DNA of 64,000 nt from Podarcis bocagei. Taxonomy: Eukaryota. Numbering within the stretch: position 1 is the first letter of the stretch; each line of letters begins with the position of its first letter. Below, piece by piece: positions 50,589-62,407 of the stretch. Both the position numbers and the translations under genes were made by a program. Under the pieces are notes generated by a model. That model saw only the letters and a program-made list of their open reading frames with translations, was not told where the DNA came from and searched no databases. The DNA is taken from assembly GCA_964188305.1 (NCBI GenBank), contig OZ076901.1; one strand, 5' to 3'.

Positions 50589-51785
50589 CCTCTTAGCATT
50601 TTCCCAGGTACTGCCCACTCTGGGAACCACACGGCTCTGTCCTGAGTTCTGCTTCCAGGTCATGCTCTCCTGTGATGGGATGCTGGCGAGTGAAGGGAAC
50701 ACATGCAAAACTGCAGGCTTGTAACATGATAACGCAACTGAGTAAGAAAGTATGATTGGGATTGCTGTTATTTTCACTTACGAATCACTTCCACCGAAGT
50801 ACCTCAAATATACGTAAGGCAAACAAGGCTGTGCTTTCCCCCACAACACCATCTTTATGAGCAGTAAACAAATGAGTAGACTCAGAAGGGGCGTGTTGTC
50901 TGGATAATGAGCCCGACTTTGTAGCCCAGGAGATGAGCCACACAAGCGATCCCTTGTGTGCTCCTCTCCCGACTGGAGGTCTTTTGTCTTTATCTCGGAA
51001 CAGAACAGCTGGGTTACTTGAGCCAAAGCAATGCCTCTTTTAAACCCAAGAGCCAGGCCGGCTTTGAAATATTTCCCTGGTAATGGGGGCTGCCAGGCCC
51101 TGAGCTGCCTCTTGGGCAATTTGCTCGTACAGAATTTCATCTGTTGCTTAATGAGCCCTGGAAGGGTCAAAGCACTTGAGTTCTGCGGTCGGAAAAAAAA
51201 GGCCCCCAAGAACTGATGATAGCTGAGTATCTTAAAATGGAAAGTCAGGAGGAAGGGATGTGGGGGGCACACAGAATGAGCAGTAAATCATGGTGGGCTG
51301 TTGACACATTGCAAAAAAAAGAGAGGAAAATGTTGCAGGAGCAATGGAGGAAGACTGGCCTGGTATGATGTGCCTGTGACAGTTAAAGAGATTTGACAAA
51401 CTGAGAACCACGCTGGTTGTAGTGGTTAGAGCATCAGGCTGTTAAGACCTGGGAGAGATCAAGGTTCAAATCCCTTCTCAGCCATGAAGCTCACTAGGCC
51501 CAGTCATTGCCTCTCTTAGACTAACCTGCCTCAGAGGATTGTGGGGATTAAATAAGGACTAGGATCTGGGAGAAACCAGGGGTTCAAATCCCCATTCAGC
51601 CACGGGGCTCACTGAGTGACCTTGGGCCAGTTGCTGCCTACCTCACAGGGTTGTTGTGGACATTAGATGAGGAGGGAGAGAACCGCATATGCCACGTTGA
51701 GCTCCTTGGAGGAAACGGTGGGATATAAATATAATAAATAAATAAAATTTGCGGCGAGGAAGAAGGATAATTTTAAGGTTTAAAA

Positions 51786-51921
51786 CAGGCACCCCCAACC
51801 TTCGGCCCTCCAGATGTTTTGGCCTACAACTCCCATGATCCCTAGCTAACAGGACCAGTGGTCAGGGATGATGGGAACTGTAGTCCAAAACATCTGGAGG
51901 GCCAAAGGTTGGGGATGGCTG
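51786..51921. mobile_element. Palindromic hAT MITE, family of 19458
   Basis: 8-bp TSD GTTTAAAA. Confidence 0.9.
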
Positions 51922-52672
51922 GTTTAAAACGTTTCCTCACACCTCTTCATTGTTCCTCTCAACCCCAGCATTACTCGCACTCATTCTTTCCCCTCTCCAC
52001 CGCTGCTTTGACAGTGATGCTCCCTGGTTGTCCTCCGTCCTTGAGTGATCCCAGCCCAATCAGAGATCCAGTGATAAGAAGGATGCCAGAGTGCCGCCTT
52101 GCCAATTAGACTTGTCTGTGTGACAACATGCGACAGCGATTCGGCGTGAGGACAAAAAGTGCTGAGTCGCAAATTACATCCATGTCCCACCCTTCATCCA
52201 TAGTGTATGAGGCTCCTCACAACAACCCTGTGAGGTAGGGCTATACTGAGGGTGTTGAAATTTTGTGCCCCTAGCAATTTTGTGCCTGGGGCAACTCCCC
52301 CAGTGCCCCCCCCACCACGCTACACCACCGCTGTGAGAATAGGGTGCTGACCTAGATGGTAGAGGCAGATTTAGGAGAGCGCAACCAATTTGGTCACACT
52401 GAATGCAGAGCCTTGGGAGCACCGCAGGAGACGCCACAACTACGATTTAGAATGGAGCACGAGAGGCGGAGGGGCACCAAATTTTGGCGTCGCACAGGGC
52501 ACCGTTGACATTTGAGACCCCAAGGTCCACTCCTGTAGATGGGTCATTGGACTGATCCAGCAGGCTCTTCTAATGTTCTGATATTCCATGGAAAGAATCT
52601 GATCAGCTGTGCCATTAAATCTTCCTTCAGTACCAGTGGGAAGGTAGTTTCCCTCACTGTACCTGAAAGCAG

Positions 52673-53118
52673 AGGGACGCAGGTGCCACTGTGGTCTAAA
52701 CCACAGAGCCTAGGACTTGCCGATCAGAAGGTCGGCGGTTCGAATCCCCGCAACGGGGTGAGCTCCCGTTGCTCGGTCCCTGCTCCTGCCAACCTAGCAG
52801 TTCAAAAGCACGTCAAAGTGCAAGTAGATAAATAGGTACCGCTCCGGAGGGAAGGTAAACAGCGTTTCTGTGCACTGCTCTGGTTTCATCAGAAGCGGCT
52901 TAGTCATCAAAGTTCAAGTAGATAAATAGGAACCGCTCCAGCGGGAAGGTAAATGGCATTTCCGTGCGCTGCTTTGGTTCGCCAGAAGCACCTTAGTCAT
53001 ACTGGCCACATGATCCGGAAGCTGTACACTGGCTCCCTCAGCCAATAAAGCGAGACGAGCACCGCAACCCCAGAGTCGGCCACGACTGGATCTAATGGTC
53101 AGGGGTCCCTTTACCTTT
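52673..53118 (+). mobile_element. Sauria SINE with internal tandem duplication of about 94 bp
   Basis: TSD tacctgaaagcag; core repeated at 52814-52907 and 52908-53000. Confidence 0.92.
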
Positions 53119-53713
53119 TACCTGAAAGCAGCAGGCAAAGTTTAGGAGGGATGGTGGGGAAACTTCTGCCAATCCAGGTCGGTGCCGCCTGAAGCAGCTG
53201 CCTCAGCCTACCTAATGGTTGGACTGTTGGACAGGGAGAGAAGGTGTTCTCTCACTCCCTTCTGCATAGATGTATGTTTGCTGCTTGAGAAGTGCAAATT
53301 ATTAAATGCAAAGAAAATTGAATTGTTCTCCCCCCCCCCCGAGTTTCCCCCTCCCTTACAGGGCTCTCGACAGTTCCATGCAGCCTCCCCTCCCCGCCAT
53401 CGTCTTCACCCCGCCTTGATGCACGTACAAAACTTCTTTCCCTTCCGCCCAGATGCACACCTGCAGGAAAACTTCCTGGCTTGCTCTCCTTCGGAGCTGT
53501 CATGGAGTCAAATAGTTTATGAGTCACTCGATGACAGATGAATTAACTGTGGAGAATGCGAATGACTTAATGTATTCTGTGCTTTAAAATTACTTTTATA
53601 CATGAGGTGTCACCGTTTAATTTATAACTCAATCTGCACGGTTTATGTTAGGAGCCGCAAGCTTCCTTAGGTTCCTGCTATCTTAGGTGGAACCCAACTC
53701 ATTTTCCTTAAAA

Positions 53714-53736
53714 GACAGACAGACAGACAGTCAGAC

Positions 53737-53780
<44 letters not shown>
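53714..53780 (+). repeat. (GACA)n(GA)n microsatellite; a second (GA)n at 54309-54375
   Basis: Direct reading. Confidence 0.95.
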
Positions 53781-53783
<3 letters not shown>

Positions 53784-54304
53784 ATTGTTAAAATGTAAAA
53801 AAAAAAATATTTTTTGCATTTAACAGCTCTGCACATCTGGGCAGAGAAAAACTATGAAGTCTAGTCGGAATCAAACAACAATGCTCTTGTTAAAAGATGG
53901 GATAACAGGCAAATTAAAAGATTGGATAATGGGTCTGTTTCCCCCCTGCAGGGTAAACAACAGCTACAGAAGGCTGATCTAGATTGGGAAAATTGAGAGA
54001 GAGAGTTAAAATCCTCTCCTGCAAGCCATGTCTCCAATCTGAATCAGCCTGCCATCAAAAGCTGCTACACAGGGATCTATCCTGTCAACGGATCTCCTGC
54101 TTCACATCTGATTTCATCCTGAGTTTGTTCACCAACCTAGGACTGATTTTTGCAGAAATGCATGTATGTTTTCTTATTTTCTATCCAAGCCTGTACATGT
54201 CTACTGAAAAGGGAGCCTCTCTGAGTTCAGTGGGGCTCACTCCCATTTACGTGGGTGTAGAATTGCAGACTAAATGGGGATTTCACACCCTGGGTATAAT
54301 ACAG

Positions 54305-54375
<71 letters not shown>

Positions 54376-56608
54376 CTACCTTATTAATCTTTACAACAAA
54401 CGTGTGAGTTGGATCAGTATTGCAGATGGGGGCTGAGGTTGAGAAATGATTCCCATGTTAAAAGAAGCATCTGCTTGCTAAAGCCTCTTCCCCAGCCAGG
54501 GCACCTGCCCCTCCATCATGCCTTTCCAGTGACATGGGTTGTTACCAAAATGTGCATCCCCTTGCTTGGAAATACAAATATCAGTATCTGCAATGCCTGC
54601 CTCAAATGTCAAGCTAGGTGGTACCGAACACATGGGGTGGCATTCAACGCTAGTTTTATTCAGAGTAGACCCATTGAAGTTAATGGGCACGAGCAGCTTT
54701 GGTTCATTCGCTCATATGCTTTATTTGTGGTCAAGGGCAGTCATTAACTCTTTCATTTGTATAGGCGCAAATTCTTAGACTGTATTTTGTAAAGCCAACC
54801 ACTTAGTTATATCTGACTGTACTTTATTGTATTTGATTCCTTTGCTGTGGTTTGTGGCTGACACAAATAAAGATTTTTTTAAAGTCTAATTTTAATGGGT
54901 CTACTTCAAGTAGGAGTAGCATTGAATGCAACCCATCTGATTAAAGGCGCATTTTCTTGGGCTGTAGGAGCTCCCAACACAAACTCTCTTGGCATGAATG
55001 AAAACATTCTTCACCACTGGAATTCTTTAACAGTAAAGGGTTGGCATTGCAAACTGCCATTTGCTGATGGATCTAAGAAAAGCAGCTTTCAGAATCTTTT
55101 CCAAATATACAGTTTCATTAATAGCTGCCACAAAGCTTCCTGTTTTTCTGGTTCTTTAATTTCACTCTGAAGGGAGGACTGATGACAATAGGAAACCAGT
55201 GAGCCTCGGCTATGGGAAGCTTAAAACACCTGCAAGTGTCTCCTTGAACAGGAGGTGATACAAGAAAATAAACCAGCAAATCCTCAGGAAATCAAGTATC
55301 TGACAGCGAATTAGCTGGCTGAGACCCTGCTTTGGTTCAGGGGGAGTTCAGGCATTCTTTGCTCATCAAAGAGTAGGAACTGACTCTCTTTTTGAACATT
55401 CCACTTGGTTGCAGATGGAAAGGCATTTAAAGCACAGACTAAAATCTCGGTTACACCTTCGTTTTTCTTTGTCTGTATCTAGCTTTGTACACCTGACATT
55501 AACAGAGTCCTATTCTAGTAAATGGCTCAGTGAAATTTGTACATAAAAATCCTTCGTTTGGCGTTTTGTTTGAATCCCCTTTAATGCCTGACCCAACAAC
55601 AAAGTTGGGTCAAAGTTGTTACTGTTTTAAAACTCAATTTTATTAAATGTTTTCAACATATAATACAATAAAAGCCAAACAAAGCTAATATCTAAAGAGA
55701 ACAGAATAATAAGAAAAGGAGAAAGAGGGAAAAGGAAGAAAAAAGAAACACATCCACACAAGCACTAAGCAACAACAAAGTTGAGTCAAAGTTTTGATCT
55801 AACAATTGTATGATATTGATAGAAAAAAAATCTATATATTTCCTCCCATGATCTGTGGCATTCTGCCCTATTATGGCACTTCACTTTCCTATCTTGTTTC
55901 TGTTTAAAATATACAAGTTTCTAAAGCACTCATACTTCCAAGATTTAATGTTTTACTAATAGCCGGACTTCAGGAAAATACATTTCCAAATGTAAGGTGG
56001 GAGTCCCTGAAACCCAGACACGTGAACTTTTATACTGTAATTTCTACTTTGACTTGAGTTGTCATGTAATTTACCCTCTTCTGACTAGTTTGCCATGGCA
56101 TTCAGAAGATTTGTAATGCCCTATTTATTAGGCAAACTCCCATAAATCACCGAACAGGTGGCCAACTTTTTCCTAAGTGTCGTTTGCATAAGAGTTCAAT
56201 TGATTGGTTGCAATACTTATATTGGAGAAACGGTACCTTGTCTGTATCATTGTTTGTGCTCTGGGTTTTAACCCGAACTTGGATTTGTGATCATAAGAAT
56301 AAACCAGAGCTTTCAACAATCATGAGTGAGAGTCAGAGCACTTTCCACATCGGGTCAAATGTTAAAGTTTAGCAAATGGATGAAATGTGTTCCAAGCAAT
56401 CTGAACACCTCTGGCTGTCTCCGTGCTAGTCTGAATGGGAACCATTGACTCTAAATGATTCTATTGGGTGCTTATGCAGCACCATGTGCATTCTGGCCAG
56501 ACCAAATTAATTTAACTGCTTTGGCTGATTCTGTATTCCAAAGCTTAAAAGCAATCAGTTTAAGCAGTGGCGTAGCGTGGGTTGTCAGCACCCGGGGCAG
56601 GGCAAGTA

Positions 56609-58150
56609 CCGTATTTTGCGCCCCATAAGACGCTCCGGCCCATAAGACGCACCTAGTTTTTTGGGGGGGAAATAAAGGGAAAAAATTATTTCCCCCCCAG
56701 GCGCGGGGCTGGGGCAGCGCGAGCTTCCCCCGACCCCAGCCCCCAAACAGGCAGCTCTCTGCAAGCCGTGGGAGCCCAGCGGTGGTTCCCGCTGCTTGAG
56801 GAGAGATCCGCGAAGCCTGCGCGTGCTGGGATCAGCGCGCGCAGGCTTCGGGATGCCTGCAACTCTCCCCAAGCAGTGGGAACGTTCCCGCTGCTTGGGG
56901 AGAGATCCGCGAAGCCTGCGCGTGCTGGGATCAGCGCGCGCAGGCTTCGGGATGCCTGCAACTCTCCCCAAGCAGTGGGAACGTTCCCGCTGCTTGGGGA
57001 GAGATCCGCGAAGCCTGCGCGTGCTGGGATCAGCGCGCGCAGGCTTCGGGATGCCTGCAACTCTCCCCAAGCAGTGGGAACGTTCCCGCTGCTTGGGGAG
57101 AGATCCGCGAAGCCTGCGCGTGCTGGGATCAGCGCGCGCAGGCTTCGGGATGCCTGCAACTCTCCCCAAGCAGTGGGAACGTTCCCGCTGCTTGGGGAGA
57201 GATCCGCGAAGCCTGCGCGTGCTGGGATCAGCGCGCGCAGGCTTCGGGATGCCTGCAACTCTCCCCAAGCAGTGGGAACGTTCCCGCTGCTTGGGGAGAG
57301 ATCCGCGAAGCCTGCACGTGCTGGGATCAGCGCTTGCAGGCTTCGGGATGCCTGCAACTCTCCCCAAGCAGTGGGAACGTTCCCGCTGCTTGGGGAGAGA
57401 TCCGCGAAGCCTGCACGTGCTGGGATCAGCGCTTGCAGGCTTCGGGATGCCTGCAACTCTCCCCAAGCAGTGGGAACGTTCCCGCTGCTTGGGGAGAGAT
57501 CCGCGAAGCCTGCACGTGCTGGGATCAGCGCTTGCAGGCTTCGGGATGCCTGCAACTCTCCCCAAGCAGTGGGAACGTTCCCGCGGCTTGGGGAGAGATC
57601 CGCGAAGCCTGCACGTGCTGGGATCAGCGCTTGCAGGCTTCGGGATGCCTGCAACTCTCCCCAAGCAGTGGGAACGTTCCCGCTGCTTGGGGAGAGATCC
57701 GCGAAGCCTGCACGTGCTGGGATCAGCGCTTGCAGGCTTCGGGATGCCGGCAACTCTCCCCAAGCAGTGGGAACGTTCCCGCTGCTTGGGGAGAGATCCG
57801 CGAAGCCTGCACGTGCTGGGATCAGCGCGCGCAGGCTTCGGGATGCCTGCAACTCTCCCCAAGCAGTGGGAACGTTCCCGCTGCTTGGGGAGAGATCCGC
57901 GAAGCCTGCACGTGCTGGGATCAGCGCTTGCAGGCTTCGGGATGCCGGCAACTCTCCCCAAGCAGTGGGAACGTTCCCGCTGCTTGAGGAGAGGTCCGCG
58001 AAGCCTGGAGAGCGAGAGGGGTCGGTGCGCACCTACCGCTCTCGCTCTCCAGGCTTCAGCGAAAGCCTGCATTCGCCCCATAAGACGCACCCACATTTCC
58101 CCTTCATTTTTGGAGGGGAAAAAGTGCGTCTTATAGGGCGAAAAATACGG
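56609..58150. mobile_element. Non-autonomous Tc1/mariner (pogo/Tc2-like) element carrying a minisatellite
   Basis: TA|ccgtattttgcgccccataagacgc...gcgtcttatagggcgaaaaatacgg|TA; internal repeats of cccataagacgcacc. Confidence 0.9.
56785..58007. repeat. GC-rich minisatellite, 12 full 99-bp palindromic units plus a partial unit
   Basis: Unit starts gttcccg at 56785, 56884 ... 57973 (period 99); 33-aa periodicity in the ORF track. Confidence 0.97.
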
Positions 58151-58383
58151 TAATTTGCGCCCCCTAACCCGTGGATTTGCGCCCCCTAACCCATGGATTT
58201 GCGCCCCCTAACCCTAACCCCCAGATGTTGCGCCCGGTGCGGCCGGCCCCCCCTGCACCCCCCAGGCTACGCCACTGAGTTTAAGAAAGGAGTCAGGCTG
58301 CGTCAAAATCCACTTATGTATCAGAAAGCACAGCAATTGCAAGTTAAGGCACTAGGGCTTAACTTCTGCGCTATGTAATAAAT

Positions 58384-58520
58384 CAGGCATAGGCAAACTC
58401 GGTCCTCCAGATGTTTTGGGACTACAATTCCCCATCATCCCTGACCACTGGTCCTGTTAGCTAGGGATGATGGGAGTTGTAGTCCCAAAACATCTGGAGG
58501 GCCGAGTTTGCCTATGCCTG
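58384..58520. mobile_element. Palindromic hAT MITE
   Basis: TIR caggcataggcaaactcgg; 8-bp TSD TAATAAAT. Confidence 0.92.
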
Positions 58521-58654
58521 TAATAAATAAACACTTTTTACAGTATCATTGTTTACGCTCCCCTGCAGCAGCAGGGATTTGGAAACTTGGGCCCTCCAGA
58601 AGTTCCAAGGACTCCTGCTCCCATCAGTCCCAGCCAGCATGGCCTGTGATCAAG

Positions 58655-58792
58655 GATAGCTCAGTTAGTAGAGCATGAGACTCTTAATCTCAGGATTGTG
58701 AGTTCAAGTTTCACATTGGGCAAAAAGATTTGTGCATTGCAGGGGGTTGGACTAGATGACCCTCATGGTCCCTTCCAACTCTACAATTCTGT
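58655..58792 (+). mobile_element. Squam2-like tRNA SINE
   Basis: tagctcagttagtagagcatgagactcttaatctcagg head; CR1 tail. Confidence 0.8.
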
Positions 58793-59764
58793 GAGTTGTA
58801 GTTGAACAGCTTCTGGAGGGCCAGAGATGTCCCCCTCCCTAGCAGGAGCTGCTTCAGGCATTAGGTCTTGAGAGGGAAGCCCCAGCGCCCTGAACTGGGC
58901 TTGAAAGCAAATGGGTAGGCAATGTAGCTCTTTCAGAATTGGTTTCTATGATCCCATCTGGCTACACCATTATGGGTTATGCTCTAGCTCCGCTGTCAGA
59001 GGCATTACACCTCTGAATTCCTGTTCCTCAGAATCGCAGGTGGGGAAGATGCTCTTGTGGTCAGGTTCCATTCACTGACTTCCCACAGGTATCTGGTTGG
59101 CCACTGTGAGAGCAGAACACTGGACTAGGTGGGTCTTTCGCCTGATCCAGCTGAAGGCTCTTCTTATGCTCTTGTGAACTAGTGACTATTCTGACAGCGA
59201 CACTGTGTGCCAATCAAAGCTTCCAAGTCATCTTGAAGGGCAACCGCACGCCATGCATTACATTATTGAGGAAAACAGAGCATAGGAGACCCGCTTACAT
59301 TAAAAACAGCAGCAAAGGGTGTTGGCTGAGTCCAATCTTTGTGAATTCTAAGATGAACAGACTTGGTCTTCACCTCCTAGACTAATATCAGATCTCAGGG
59401 GTTGTAGCCAACTAACTTTGACTTAGAGTCGACCCATGCAAATTAATGGACGTAAGTTTGCCATGTCTATTCATAGCAATGTGTCTGCTCTGGGTAGTAC
59501 TGGCAATTGAGACAACCCCTAGGCTGCAAACCTAACCTCGCTTACCTGGGAGTAAGCCCCCTTGAATTCAGTAGGACTTATTCCTGAGCAGTGGACATTG
59601 GTCCATTAGGGCAAAGGGGCACTGCCCCACCAATCCCAGCCTGCCCTCACCCAGTCCCTCCTCCACCTCCTCCTCCTTAGTCTTGTGGTTGCCCTTGTAG
59701 AACCCAGCAGGGAGGATCACTGGGCAAAACTAGAATTTGTTGGCTCCGTCAGGTCATTGGCTCT

Positions 59765-59782
59765 GGCGCCCCCTGCTGTGGG
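59765..59782 (-). promoter_or_regulatory. CTCF-like motif
   Basis: Reverse strand reads CCCACAGCAGGGGGCGCC. Confidence 0.4.
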
Positions 59783-61210
59783 TCTCCCTTCCTCCCACCC
59801 TACCCATCCCCAATGGGCACCAGTCACCACTGATGTAGCTGTGCCTTGTGAAGCTACCAGCTGCATGCAGCCAAGAAATATTCTTGCACTTAACTTGCAA
59901 TCTGCACATCCTCCACTGGAGGCTAAGTGTCATGCTACAGTGAACTTTCTCTTGTTTTGCCTGCATGGATCCATGTTGCTCTTCTCATCTGCAGAAACTC
60001 TTGAGTGCCTTTGCTGAGACCTTTAATCCACTCCCTCCCCGTGTGCTTCCAGTTCCGTGAGATTCTCTTTGCACTTACAACAGCGGCTGTCACCCTGCTG
60101 GCTTGCGGCTCCCCGTCAATTTATGCACAAATAGGACTAAGAAGAAGGAAAGCCTTTGTCTGGCAGATGCTCCTTTCTAAATCCGACCACAAATGATTAT
60201 TTCTCTACACCTATCGATGACTAACTCTTTTGTAACCAGGATGGGAAAGTGTCTTACCTAACTGACGTTTAATGGGCTAAGTATTTCTGCGGTATTAAAT
60301 CACTGGGGAATAATTGCTTTATTTAGATTTAAATGAAGGACACTTTGTGGGCTGAGGAGATCTATGAGAAGGTGTATTCATTTCCTTGGGTTCCCATGAG
60401 TAATGCACATTAATCAGTGACTAATCGGTTTGTGCATGTGTGCACTGAGACATGTACAAGGATGCACAGAAAACCATGTCCATTTCTATGACTCTCTATT
60501 TTCCCTTGAGCACCTGGGAAAGTTCTAATCATGTCTTTGTCACAGACCACTCCATTTTTCTAAAGGGAAATGTAGATTTCCGAAGGACAGCTGTGCTTCA
60601 GTTTGTGTGTTTGCGTTGAGAAGGTGAAGCTAGGTAGGTTCACATTAAGATACAAACTGGATGAACTTTTCTCCTACCCCCAATGTGGGGCCCGTCTGCT
60701 GCAGCTGCTCCTTGGGTTACCTGAAAGCCAGCCAGCTGTGAGTCCTGCAAGATGTGGTCCTTGACCTCTGTCTGGATCATTTCCATCAGGCTTAGGATGG
60801 GGGAGCCCTGCCTGACTCCAGCTACAGGTGCTGCTCACAGTACCTAGAAACCATCAAACTGGAGTCTTAAGAACCTCCTCATTTCTAGTTTCTGATGCTG
60901 AATTGGCCATTGGAAAGATCTCCTGCTAGATTTCTTTTTTAAAATAGGGAATAGAGAATGACAGGCGTGTGCAAGAAGTCTGTGTGACCGTTACAATCAC
61001 TACCTTGAACCATCATCATGTTGTTGTCATCTTGCATGTCTCCTAAATCCGCAGTAATTTGGCTGACTTGTTTGTATAAATGTTATTTTGTCCAGAGCAA
61101 CAGTAATTAAAAACATTTAAAAAATTAAAAACAAAAAGTGAAGAAGAAGAAGAAGAAGAAGACGAAGAAGAGCCCTGCTAGATCAGCCCATCTAGTCCAC
61201 TTACAGTGGA

Positions 61211-61588
61211 TGGACGCGGGTGGCACTGTGGTCTAAACCACTGAGCCTCTTGGGTTTGCCAATCAGAAGGTTGGCAGTTCAAATCCCTACGAAGGGGTGA
61301 GCTCCTGTTGCTTTGTCCCAGCTCCTGCCAACCTAGCAATTCAAGAGCACACCAGTGCAAGTAGATAAATAGGTACCGCTGCAGCGAGACGGTAAATGGC
61401 GTTTCTGTGCGCTCTGGTTTCCGTCACGGTGTTCTGTTGCACCAGAAGCGGTTTAGTCATGCTGGCCACATGACCCGGAAAGCTGTCTGTGGACAAACCT
61501 TGGTCTGAAAGCGAGATGAGCACCGCAACCCCATAGTTGCCTTTGACTGGATTTAACCGTCCAGGGGTCCTTTACCTTAACCTACCTT
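61211..61588 (+). mobile_element. Sauria SINE, longer subfamily as at 14352
   Basis: TSD acttacagtgga at 61199-61210 and 61589-61600. Confidence 0.92.
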
Positions 61589-62407
61589 ACTTACAGTGGA
61601 CACTCCAGTGGGAAACCCACAAGCAGAATCTGAGTGCATTAGTGCTTTACCCACTTGTGATTCCCATCAACTGCCATATTGCCTCAAAAGTGGAGCACAG
61701 CCAGCGTGGTTTGTGGCCATTGGTTGCCTTCTCTTCCATGACTTTGCCTAATCCTCTTTTTAAGCCTTCTTGCTTCAGGACAGCATTTAATCTGAGAGAG
61801 GATGCATTTGCATTGCTTCCTTGTATTTCCATTGTTAGCCCTTAGTATGAATAAGCCACGGATTGACGAAGCTTTGTGCAACATATATGAGGTGTTTTGA
61901 TTAGCTTATTAATATTTGTATTATTATTTGCATTCATCTGTCCCTTTGTGCAGATGAAAGGTCTCAAAGTGACTTACAACATAATGAAACACAAAAACAG
62001 CTAAAATCAGTTTTTAAAAATAACAACAGCAGCAATAATAAATTTGACAAAACTTCCGAAAGTGCTCATCCAGTAATACTATGAAAAAGACAAATCTTAG
62101 CACACACCCTATTTAAAGATGACCAGCACCTAAGAGGCCAGATTCATACTAAGGTGTGGTCCAAAATTAGCAACCAAAAAGTCTGGGATAACATGGAGGT
62201 CTTCTCCTGGTGCCTAGAAGCTTATAATGATGGCGCCAGATTTGCTACACATTCCACAAATGCAGTATCACCACTAAAGAGGCTCAGCTACCCTCTGGTA
62301 GACATTTTTAATGTATTCTGTAGCTGCTACTATTTTAGTTGTTTCTCTATTTCACACATTCCTCAAGTCGATGGTACAGCCCCCTGCAAGGTGGTGGAAT
62401 TACTTGT

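Larger units (their letters stand above)
49379..50633. mobile_element. hAT-type MITE hosting nested elements; related copy at about 63280-63584 (-)
   Basis: Ends cagtggttcccaaac... and ...tgggaaccac; internal similarity to 63280-63584. Confidence 0.65.
56565..58277. mobile_element. hAT MITE, outer element of a nest
   Basis: TIRs cagtggcgtagc / gctacgccactg; perfect 8-bp TSD AGTTTAAG (56557-56564, 58278-58285). Confidence 0.93.

Noticed and set aside
56785-58007. CRISPR-like array of palindromic repeats
   Set aside because: No unique spacers, no cas genes, vertebrate context
56585-58153. Long overlapping ORFs of 217-503 aa on both strands
   Set aside because: By-product of a GC-rich 99-bp (33-codon) tandem unit that leaves five frames open; lies inside a non-autonomous transposon with no transposase or other domain
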